A stretch of 64,000 bases of DNA from Eledone cirrhosa (lineage: Eukaryota): positions 297,290,001-297,354,000 of the forward strand of contig OZ024742.1 in assembly GCA_964016885.1 (NCBI GenBank), given 5' to 3'. Position 1 is the first letter of the stretch. Each line of letters opens with the position of its first letter. Below, piece by piece: positions 15,236-25,959 of this stretch. The notes beneath the pieces were generated by a model. The model searched no databases. It saw only the letters and a program-made list of their open reading frames with translations, and was not told the DNA's origin. The position numbers and the translations under genes were made by a program.

Positions 15236-16497
15236 TTATTTAATTATATCTGCTTCTTTGAACAGTCCAAAGATCATACTGCCATGATTAACTTGTGTAT
15301 CATATTAAATAGCTTGTAAGCAGACAAGATTTTTTTTATTAGAGTAATACAGATTGATTCACCTAATCACAAATTGCTTTCACCTCATCAAAAAATAAAC
15401 TTTATCCTAAAAATAATTAGTTAACCTCATCTAGAAGATGATAAAAAATGTATATAGTTTAATGGAGAGCAATTATTCGATGTAGTTATATTTTTACTTA
15501 CTTTATTCACTTTTCTTTTCACCATTATTGTCTTTTTATCTGTATCTGTCTGGGGAAGAATGAAAATAAGAATAGCCCTGTGGATGAGTGAAGTATAACT
15601 GAGAAGAGAGAAGGACAAAGAATAAATTAGTAGGAATGATAGGGATAGCGACACTGATGAATGTTGTGAAGAAAAATAGCATAAGATGGTTGAGTTTTGT
15701 GTAGAGGACAGATAAAAATGGCTAGGTGATTGGATAAAAGACAGTAGTGAATGCTGTGAAGAGCAACAGCATGCGATGTTTGGGTCATGTGTTGAGGAAG
15801 GATGAAAGTAATTGAGTGAGAGAAGTGATGGAAATGAATGTTGAGTGGGGAGGAAAAAGATGAAGACCAAGAAAGATATGGCCAGGGATGATAGCAGAGG
15901 AAATAAGGACCAGAGGGTTTGAGAAGGGAGATGCAGACATATAATTGGGCACCATGGAGAACCTTTGGGTACCATGGTTAACCCTTGATAATGGTTTCTG
16001 ATTTAGGAACAAGGTCAACAATTTTAGAGGAGGGGACAGTAGATTAACTCAACCCAAATACATTACTGGTTTGTTATATAAGGATGAAAGGCAAAGCTAA
16101 CCTCAGCAGGATTTGAAATCAGAACATGAAGGGCCATATCTCTCTGCTGTGAAGCATGTGGTTTGATGCTGTACCAATACTGTCAATCCAAAGGCTTAAT
16201 GGCCTTAAAATGCTTGTTGTTGTAGTAAGCAATTATTGGATATAGTTATATTATTTACTTTATTCAGTTTCTTTTTCTATTGCATCTATTTTTAACAATA
16301 GCAATCATTTTATACATTTCATTAAGATATTTCTAATGAAAGACATTACCTATGATTTGAAAATAATTTTGAAAATAAGCAAGAAAATAATCAAGGGGAA
16401 AGCAAGGCTGAGTAGGTAAAGCGTTTGCTTCACAATAATGTTCTTAGTTCAGTCCCAGTGCTTGGCACTTTGGGCAAATATCTTATGTGTGTACATA

Positions 16498-16830
16498 CAG
16501 GGAGTTCAAAAAGTATCTCTGCTGTGAGTATTTTATTTGGAAAGTAAACAAAATAATTTAAAACGAAATGTGAAATTAAAAAAATATTCTTTATACGAGC
16601 TGTTGAAATGAAGTCCTTTATTTTTAATACATAATGTGTATCTTTTACATTTGCTTTAAAACACATCTTGGGGAGTATTACACACTATGGACCATGTGAA
16701 GATTATGAGTGCATCTTTCAGTTCGATAATTGTTTTCAGATTATTCTTGTACACCGATCCTTTAGCTGCTGCCCAAGAAAATGAAATCTGGTGTCAAATC
16801 AGGTGATCTTGGTGTCCATAGTTCCTTTGA
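16498..16830 (-). mobile_element. Tc1/mariner transposase C-terminal remnant with a probable terminal inverted repeat
   Basis: Minus strand reads W-T-P-R-S-P-D-L-T-P-D-F-I-F-L-G then, frameshifted, LKDR-VY (the WPPRSPDL motif). Left end is TA|CAGGGAGTTCAAAAAG. Confidence 0.7.
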
Positions 16831-17290
16831 AATACTCACTTTGGGTAGACTTTTTGATCACCGTGTGTGTGCGTGTGCGTGTGCGTGTGTTTTTATATTT
16901 CATAAGTTAGTAGTTTGACAAAGAGAATTGATATACAATGTACCACATTTTACAAATAAGTATTGGAGCCAATATGATTAACTAAATCAAGGCAGTGCCC
17001 CAGCATGGTTTTTGTGTAATGACTGAAACAAGCAAAAGAATAAATTAACTATCAATTTCTGTTTATCTGTATCTACTTTTAATAATAAGCATTTTAACAC
17101 TTTCGTTACCATATTTCTAATGACAAAATATATTGCAGGTGCTTTTCAAATAAATTTGGAAATAATTAAGAATTTAAAGGAATGTAATAATATAATTAAC
17201 TTTCTCATCATTAAACTGGCAACTGAAACATAATTTAATAAACGATCTTACATAAAATTATGACGGAAGACTTTTAGATAGATATAATTA

Positions 17291-18301
17291 CCTTATATAC
17301 TCAAATATAAGCTAATCCGAATATAAGCCACCCGCCCTATTTCATATCTGGGAAATAATTAATAATTCAAACTCCATTTAAAAGCCAAGGTAGCTAATCA
17401 ACACATTATGTTTAGATGGCTTGCTTATGAAATTCTCATGAGTATAGAATATATTTATGAAGTTTTAATACTTTGGGGTTTAACCCTTTAGGATTTATAT
17501 TACTCTATATTTATTATTGTATTTTCATGGTAAAGGCTTTACTTCACATACTTATCTCACATAGAGAAGAATACTTTAATAAAAGTATGAGCTACTGGTT
17601 ATGGCCAGTTTGAACAGAAAGAGGTGAGAGAATTCTGGCCAGATTCGGCCAGTTTAAATGCTAAAGGGTTTGAATATTTTAAGTACCGCTTAGAGATTTT
17701 TTCTCCTTATTCCATTATGTGATGCTTCTTTACCATTTTATCTGTTTTATAGTTTCAACAAGTTTCCTGAATTTTGTTTGTATCCGGCTACTCACAAGCT
17801 GGGAGTAGTTGAAAGCAAGAGATAAAATAAGAGAATCTACATAGAGTAGAAAAGGCAGAGAGACAGAGACGGCTAGTGAGAGATAGAGAGAGAGAAGGCA
17901 GAGTGAGAAAAAGAGAAGGAAAGAGAGAGTGAGAGCAATAAAACACAAGTCAGAAGTATAATTGAAAAAGTATTATTGTCGGAGAAAAATAGTTGGTGTG
18001 TGTGTATGTATGTGTGCACATGTATGTGTGTATATGAATGGATATTTATGCATAAAAAAGTTCAATTGCAAAAAATTGTTTGAAATATTTTCATGGGAAG
18101 GCACAAGTAACTCTAATGGTGATGTATTAAATGTAGAAAAAGTGTTTTATTTTAAAATAATCACTCTAGATATTTTATTACTTTATTTACATAGAATTTG
18201 AAGTTGGTAAAATATTGACCCCAAATACAAGCCGACCCCCACCCATTCTATAATCAATATTTTAGACACATAATCCTTGGTTTATATTCAAGTATATATG
18301 T
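17291..18301. mobile_element. Non-autonomous TA-flanked DNA transposon (pogo/Tc1-like) nested in an older MITE
   Basis: Imperfect TIRs CCTTATATACTCAAATATAAGC / GTTTATATTCAAGTATATATG, flanked by TA. Host MITE sequence resumes on both sides (compare the uninterrupted 18835-18880). A related end lies at 26170-26300. Confidence 0.55.
17484..17668. mobile_element. piggyBac-like MITE
   Basis: TTAA|CCCTTTAG(G)ATTT...AAATGCTAAAGGG TIRs. A second copy in reverse orientation is at 54186-54405. Confidence 0.75.
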
Positions 18302-18589
18302 TACTTTAAAATTAACAGTTTTGTATAATAGAACTAGTGGTATTTGCAGGCAGTTTGGAATCAAAAGTGTTCAAACAGGTCCAGATATCTCTGTTACGCT
18401 GTTGAGAGCCAGATGTGGGATTTGTCTGCTTAGCTAAAGTGTATTCCATTTCCATTTCAATATTTGTGCAGTAATTATAACTTGGGGTTTTCATGACATT
18501 TTTTCAATTGTTGGTTTTTTCATATGCTGCTCATTGGTGCACTGGGCATTGTCCACTTGCCCATAAAACCAGCTAGCTTTTGTTTGGAG

Positions 18590-18775
18590 CGATGGATTGG
18601 CAGTATCGCTAGAGGGTCAGATGTCATGCTTTGATGCATAGAGTTACGGCCCTTGCCATTCTGAGTTCAAATCCCGTTGAGGTTAACTTTGCCTTTCATC
18701 CTTATGGGGTCGAAAAAATAAAGTACCAGTAATGCACTGGCCTTGTGCCAAAAGTAGAAACAATTATTATTATTA
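18590..18775 (+). mobile_element. tRNA-derived SINE; similar copies at 27590-27770 (-), 30700-30820 (+), 47915-48105 (-) and 48600-48790 (+)
   Basis: GGATTGGCAG A-box-like sequence, GAGTTCAAATCC B-box, core GAGGTTAACTTTGCCTTTCATCCTTATGGGGTCGA, and tail GGCCTTGTGCC.AAAGTAGAAACAATTAT. Confidence 0.85.
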
Positions 18776-21242
18776 AGGTGGTGTTTAGAACATAACTTAG
18801 CAAAGGTTCTTACATAAAGTTATGATGAAAGGTTTTCAGATAAATATAAATACTTTAAAACAAACAGTATTATATAATAGAGCAAGAGTGGTTTCAGGCA
18901 ATTTGGCATCAAAAGTAGTAAGGTCATTTTCCATAAAACAGGTTAGATTATGAGGTCCATGCAAGGTTTCATGCTCATCATGGGGTCCTTTTTTAGGCAA
19001 TGTTTTATAACAAGATGCCCTCCTTCCTCCTTCACAATGCTATGCCTACTAGTCACGTCTTACAACACACAGAGATACAGTGTAACTATTATAAATCAGA
19101 TATACACAACATATTTTTATCTACTTTTAAAGTGAATAAAATCTTATTTGCTGCTTTAATATAAGCTTCTCTTTTGGTGGATGTAGAATTTGCTAAATAT
19201 CTTACATGATGTAAGCTGTGGAAGCCTTTTCTGCTTTAACTTCCTTTTTTTTTTCTTCTTAACCTGCAGAAACAAACTAAATGGAAATAAAATAGAAATT
19301 TAATCAGCCTAGAAATTTGCATTGAACAAGAAAGCAATTCAGTAGGTTCTCTGTAGCAAGAAGAATAGAAGAAAATAATTATAAAATCAATAATACATGC
19401 AACTACCCACATTACAACTAAAATTGCAAAAACAGAAATTACAGTCACATTTTTATCTGGCTATATACCAATCTACCAAATGTATTTGATGCTGATTTGG
19501 TGATTTACTATACAACACAAGAAGAAAAGATATTTTAAACATCATCTATTTTTGTTTCATTCAGTTATAAAAACTCCATGACAAAATGGACTGAGTTTGT
19601 AGGTTCATATGACACACATTTCATCATATCATTAAATCAATGTATTTTCACACGCAGAGATTTTCTTGATAAGAAATGAGACAAAGGAAAAAGATTTCGC
19701 TACTGATGTCTGCACAATTTGTATTATCAGAAAATTATATAGTTTCTCTTACAGGTGTTCAGTGGTTACCGATAGTACTAATTGAAACTATACTTTTCTA
19801 AGTTCATGTTTAAAGCTTTTCCTTTTTTCCAATGCTTACCATATTTAGTTTGCTAACTTCAAGAGTGGATGCTGCATGACTGCTGCTGCTGAGATGATGA
19901 TGATGATGGGAATGAAAATATTGCTGTGATGCTGGTTTACTAGGTTATATGCCATCTAGTAATAAAGGACTCTATATGCCTGATTCATCAAAATACTGTA
20001 TTTCATGAATTTGATGACAGTAAATCTTTCTAATATTTTAATAGCAAAAGGGTATATTTATCTAAAAATGTCCATCCTAATTTTATACAAGAACCTTTGT
20101 TGAGTTATGCTCCAAAATAAAATGCAGCATAACCAAATTCCTGAGAAAAAATACTTAATCATCACTACCCACAAAATTCCTGATTATTTTCAAAATAATT
20201 TGAAAATCATAAGCACTGTTTTTCGTTAGAAATATGATAATGAAAGGGTTTAAACAACAATAGTTATATAGCAGATGTTGTAATCAGTGGCTTCATCTAA
20301 ATATTTCCAGGAATATTTCAAGTTGGTAGTATTTTGAATAAATTTAAGGTGAATTTGATGTAGGCATTATTGTAGTTTTTAAATATAATCCTTGCTGTGA
20401 AAACATTAAGAAATGTAAGTAGATTTCCCTTTTCACAGAAATTCATATAATTTAAAAATGTAGGTGTTTACATTTAAGTTATCTTAGATTTTCTGATATA
20501 CACTATGTTATGTTACAGTTATCATTGTTTGGTTATCTAATCTTTGGTGATAAATTAGCATTATATGCAACAAAACATTCCCAGCTAGAGGGTTTCTTCA
20601 ATATTGTGGAAAATTGTATGGAAAAGACTGAAATGTTGGTTTGGTTATAGGAAAGCCAATCATTAACAATGAAGCAAACTAAAGTACGATGATTCAGAAG
20701 TTCATGGAGAGAAAGGGAAATAAAAAAAACACAGGTATTTGTTAATTTTACATTTTATAGATTCGTAGTTTTTTGTGATTTTCTTTTAGTAGCAGGGATG
20801 AGAGTAAAAAGGTAAACGAAAAAAGAGAAATTTATATGCTGACAGAATAAAAAGAAATGATATTCATTTAAATAGAAAAAATATCATCAGTGCTATCAGC
20901 AAATTTGCAGCACCAACATAGCACATGGTTTTGTAGTGTTGGGTTGGAATATAAAATAGATAGACACTATAGTTCAAAATACTTCAAATCTACTAAAGAC
21001 ATCAGAAACTACACCATAAATCTGACATACAATGCCTACAGATTCAAAGAATGTAAGAAGCAATGGGATATTTAGTGTCAGAAAACAGTTTAAGATGACA
21101 GATATTATCTATTACTATTCATATATAACAAATATATATAACATATAGTAATAAATTTGAAGACTAAAAACCAAAGAGGTCTCGATAAGATAAATATATA
21201 TCAAATATATAAGAACCGTAGAGCAAATATTTATTAAAATAA

Positions 21243-21318
21243 CAGATTAAAGTTTAAGCAAAGAATAGCTGCTTTCACCCTTAACGGTATCTTCTGAAAC
21301 TAAAAAAAAATCAATCTG
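21243..21318 (-). ncRNA. Degenerate type-I hammerhead ribozyme (core CAGAAGA, U4 changed to A)
   Basis: cagauuga..aguuu-CAGAAGA-uaccguuaagggu-GAAA-gca..ugc-UU^aaacu-uuaaucug. Stem I aguuu/aaacu with an 8-bp extension. Confidence 0.55.
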
Positions 21319-21698
21319 TGAACGCAGAAGTAAATATTTCGAAAAACGTTGCAACCGAAGGAAGCAGGAAGACGATACTTTCGTTCATGGAGGTATGTTT
21401 TCCTGCTAGGTACGGGTATGTTCTTTGTAGAAATATTCATATGTTGTTTCTGCAAGATGAATATAAGTCAATAGAGTCTTCAACCGAGGGAGCCAAATAG
21501 TAATAATAATAAATTTGAAGACTAAAATCCAAAGAGGGCTCGAGAAGGATAAATATATATCAAATATATAAGAACCGTAGAGCAAATATTTATATTCTTC
21601 CTGTCTTCCTTCGGTTGCAAAGTTTTTCAAAATATTTACTTCTGCGTTCACAGATTGATTTTTTTAGTTTCAGAAGATCCCGTTAAGGGTTATGGTAA

Positions 21699-22991
21699 GG
21701 GAGAAAAGCAATCTCGCACAATTTGGCACGAAACGCCTATAAAAATTGATCAGGCCTAACTGACGTAGTGAGGTCGGTGGAGGCAAATCCTCTATGACCT
21801 TAACTCGCTCAGGTCGGGGTCGAATACCGTCAGCATCGATGACGTGATCCAAGAAAGTCAGTGACTCAGCACCAAAAACACATTTGGGTGCATTAATCTG
21901 TACATTATACGCCTTCAATCGGCGGAAAAGAAGATTCAAATGGTGCGTATGTTGTTCTTGAGAAGAACTAGCAATGAGCAGGTCGTCAATATATGTATAG
22001 ACGAAATCGAGGCCACGAGTAACCTCATCCATAAACCGCTGAAACGTACTAGCGGCATTCCTTAATCCGAACGGCATGGTCAAAAACTCAAATGACCCAA
22101 ATGGCGTAACTATAGCCATTTTGGGAATGTTTATGGACAGGAATTTGATGGTACGCACGAATTAAATCTAGTTTGGAGAATACCTTGCATCCCTGCAACG
22201 AAGACGCAAAGTCTTGCAGATGAGGGTTAGGATAAAGGTCTGGTTCCGTTATTGAATTTAAGCGTCGATAATCTCCAGTCGCTTTCGGTACAATGTGTAA
22301 TGGGGACGCCCACGGGCTCGTGGACGGACGAATAATCCCCAACTGCAGCATATGATCAAACTCTGATCGTGCTGCTTTGAGTTTGTCCGGAGGCAAGCGA
22401 CGAGGACGAGAAAAAACGGGAGCACCAATTGTAGTTATGAAGTGCTCCGTGGTATGAGTTGGCTCATCAACTCGAAAATTTCCCTGAGTCAGTTGCGGGA
22501 ACGAGTTCAACAACGCATGGTAAGTATCGCCGGTGTTAGCAAGAAAAAAAGGTCGGGCTAACCGTTAGAACTCCTGCTGCCTTGCCAACAACAAAAAAAC
22601 CAGTGATGTCATCAATTAGGCGTTTACGACGGAGGTCCACCGTCAATGAAAAATGGTGGAGAAAATCCGCGCCTCGAATCGGATACGGCAAGGCAGCGAC
22701 AGTAAAAATCCATTTAAACTCACGCCGCAGATTACAGAACTGCAAAGGTAGCGAGATTTGTCCGAAGGTTCGAATCGGCGAACAATTTACTGCCTGCAAC
22801 TCAATAGGTGACTCAGGGGGAGTCTCCTTCATACAACACACAGGCCATATTGAAAAAGCTGCACCTGTGTCAACCAGAAAGGCTTTACCTGATAGCAGGT
22901 CCTCAATAAAAAAGTGGCGGTTGGATGATGTTTCGCAGAGCGCACTATCCGCCGTTAGTGACTCTGGTCGTCGTTTCCCTTGTAAGCACAA
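21699..22991 (-). pseudogene. pol: Gypsy pol remnant: aspartic protease plus reverse transcriptase
   Basis: FLVDTGA and IRGADFL (protease); SPWASPLHIVPK, DYRRLN, FSKLDLIRAYHQIP, MPFGLRNAASTFQRFMD, YIDDLLIA and GLINFYRRF (RT). Spread over three ORFs. Confidence 0.92.
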
Positions 22992-23714
22992 GGAGGCCTA
23001 CAACGGGCGGCTTTGTCACCATATTTGTCATGGTAATAACAATATGATGGATTTGAAGATTTGGAACGGCTACGGCGGCGAGGAGTTGAATAAGATTGTG
23101 AGCGGCTCCTCTGCCCTCCAAAAGACCTGAGTTCCTGGCACAACTCTGCCATTTGACGAGTTATGGATTCCATAGTTTTGACCAACTTATCACTCGCTGA
23201 TGAGCGTGATTGGGGAAGAGAAGAGGAAGCAACGTACTTTTGCTTCGAAGTGTCTCTCTTCGTCACTTCTATTTTGTCGGCAGAGACAGCAATGTGGTCG
23301 AGTATGTTTAACTCTAGCATATGGGCTAGCATCGCCTGTACCTCTTGAGAGAAGAACAATTGCTTCAGGAAAGGGCTATCCTGATCTTGGAATCACTCAA
23401 TTCCCGCAAATGCCGGAGCAAAGCGGTAGGGGTTCTGTCACCTAGTCGTTCGTCCTCGATCAATGACCGAAAACGACTCTCTACCGATTTACAGTTCCTT
23501 CTCAAGATCTCGCCTTTTAAAGAATCATACGTTAAGTCAGAGGGGGGTCTGTAATAAGGTATTGGACCGAATCTGCTAAATTAGGGGGAAGTCCGCTAAT
23601 CAAGACAGCGAGGCGCTGGTCAGACTCGGTCTTACAGACCGTAAAATACGCCTGTAGCTGGGCGAACCACAGCTTAGGGTTTCCGGTAAAGGCGGGCAAA
23701 TGTGGCGTATTCAT
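22955..23714 (-). pseudogene. gag: Gypsy gag remnant
   Basis: MNTPHLPAFTGNPKLWFAQLQAYF N-terminus, LGDRTP motif, RS-rich linker and CYYHDKYGDKAARCRPPC knuckle. Frameshifted. Confidence 0.85.
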
Positions 23715-24373
23715 TGTGAAACGACTAAAAAAAAATAGAAACAGCAATTAATGTTCCCTCGTACACGGAAAAGTAAACACCCAAAATGGAAAAAAAAAAA
23801 AAAAAAAAAAAAAAAATCAAAGGTCAAAAAGAAACAGACATTCAAAACATTAGGAAATAGCAAAAATACATAAAGTACATATATATATATATTTTTTTTA
23901 AATGTTTTCCTTCAACGTCTGTCCCCTTGTGTTGCTTCAACGGGCAAGCCAAATCATATAACCCGAGAAAAAGAGAAAAAAAAAATGTTTGTTTTAGAAT
24001 ATATCCACGTTGGATATCAACAATAGGTAGCCTGTGGCTAAAAATCCCTTAGAAAAAAAGTAAGGCATGTGAATCGCCAGCGGGGCAGTAATGTTCACAA
24101 AAACAGTTTTTCTCTTGATCAAATATGGGACACACACAATTCAAAATGTCCCTGTCCTGGCGGGAAAATTGCAAAACGGAGGAGAAAAGCAACGCCATAT
24201 TGGAAACATTTTTGGCTGGTTTTTTGTATACTTTTTCAATACCGTATAAACACATTATTATTTCTCTGTCTTTTTTTGTGTGTATTTTTGTAAGTTGCGA
24301 AAAGGTTGGCAACGTGGTAATAACAGTGAAATATTTAAGTTCAAATGAATAAAAGGCTGCGTAAAATTCTTTA

Positions 24374-24386
24374 GTCGGGGTCACCA
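24374..24386 (-). promoter_or_regulatory. Primer-binding site complementary to the tRNA-Trp 3' end
   Basis: TGGTGACCCCGAC one base after the LTR end; matches the eukaryotic tRNA-Trp end ...GUCGGGGUCACCA. Confidence 0.85.
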
Positions 24387-24387
24387 G

Positions 24388-24959
24388 TATGGTAATGAAG
24401 AATCCTTGTTGGATAGTTTATCAATATAGACGTGAGGGAAAGTCCCTCGTCTATTTACCATTTTCGTAAGTGAGAGGATAGGTACTCCGTAGAATTATAA
24501 CAAGTGAGTGGGTGTGTGTGTAGACAAGATAATAACCACAACGAGAATTCTATTCAACAATGTAAATAAGGATGATATTTATTTTGTCTATTATGTGTTT
24601 GTTATATTACAAATGAAACAACATACCAATATAGACGTGATCAGTTGAAATGAAGGCAACGTATTACAATTGTCGTGGGTCACCAATGTAACGCACACGT
24701 CTGGGTCACCAATGTGACGGGACCAGTAAAGTGAAATCAGTTATGAGCCAGTGCTCGTCCAACACTATCCTTGTGGCTTCGGCATAGGAGATCAGTGTAT
24801 TGACATCTGTGTGATCTCATGGTCCAAAGGCTGTTTGCTGTTCCCGTGGCCTATCTGAGAAAGTAATACTGCTGCTTACTTAAATAGTGTTCTCAACCAG
24901 GGCGAGACAACTAGGCCTGGTCCATTATCCGACAGGGAGGCGTAAGGCGTCTTACTACA
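24388..24959 (-). repeat. 5' LTR of the Gypsy element (572 bp, apparently composite)
   Basis: Bounded by the TSD and PBS. Termini TGTAGTAA...TTACCATA, and the same TTACCATA end is found at 21691-21698. Confidence 0.75.
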
Positions 24960-25657
24960 GGGTGAAAGCAGCGATTCTTTGCTTTAACTTTTAATCTGTT
25001 ATTTTAATAAATATATATAACATATATAAGTAGTATTTGGTTCTTTCACCAGACTTTAACTCTTAGCATACTGTAATGAACGGAAAAAATGAAACGAAAT
25101 TTCATTTCTCACTCTTAGTACGGCTCTTACTTAAATATAAGTATGTATACGTACATACATATATGTATACAGGCGTACAGTAGTATGCATGTATATATAT
25201 ATACATACATGCACACATATATATATGTACGTATATATATATATACATACTACTGTACGTCTGTATACATATATGTATGTACGTATACATACTTATACAT
25301 ACTGTAATGATTTAGCAGAAAATATCTAAAAGCAGGTTTGTTAATTCAAATGTTTATAATATTGTTTTTAGTGGACAGATACTTGTGAAAATTTACAGTG
25401 CTAGAGAGTAAAGAATGTCTTGTTAATGAGATTTCATGCAGTACAGGAGATTAGGAGTTAATAAAGCTATGTTTGTAAATTATATTCTTTTATTCTTTTG
25501 GTTTCAGCCAGTAGATTGCGATCATGCTGGAACAATGCTGGAACAATGCTTTGAAGTGATTTTTTGTCTGTCTGATGTTTATTTTATTGATCTCTTTTTG
25601 TCAAATCCCTAATATCTGAGACCTATGTAGAGACACATACATGGGCATACACACATG

Positions 25658-25746
<89 letters not shown>

Positions 25747-25770
25747 TACAAACACACGCAACACACATAC
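25658..25770. repeat. (CA)n microsatellite, followed by (GA)n at about 25875-25956
   Basis: Direct inspection. Confidence 0.95.
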
Positions 25771-25878
25771 ATATATGATAGGCTTCTGAAGGTTCCATCT
25801 ACCGAAATTCATGCATAAAGCATTGGTCAACCAGAGGCTTTAGTTGAAGACACTTGCCCAATGTGCCAGAGAAAGGGA

Positions 25879-25959
<81 letters not shown>

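Larger units (their letters stand above)
21691..24959 (-). mobile_element. Ty3/Gypsy LTR retrotransposon, decayed and internally deleted (no integrase, PPT or most of the 3' LTR)
   Basis: 4-bp TSD GGGT at 21687-21690 and 24960-24963. Minus strand starts TGTAGTAA. tRNA-Trp PBS, then gag, protease and RT ORFs broken by frameshifts. Confidence 0.92.
21148..25008 (-). mobile_element. HHR-bearing fold-back non-coding retroelement (about 358-nt monomer plus inverted copy), interrupted by a Gypsy element
   Basis: Direct repeat about 21148-21233 / 21506-21592. Inverted copy at 21595-21690 continues at 24960-25008. Flanking 18-bp duplication AAATATATATAACATATA at 21130-21147 and 25009-25026. Confidence 0.8.

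Noticed and set aside
14834-15287. Poly-Met/His/Ile ORFs (also 39583-40040 and 50021-50287)
   Set aside because: Translations of (GAT)n or (ATT)n microsatellites.
18640-18700. tRNA gene
   Set aside because: Only a B-box-like SINE head; no cloverleaf can be formed.
22582-23554. Plus-strand ORFs within the Gypsy element
   Set aside because: Antisense to gag/pol with no independent coding evidence.
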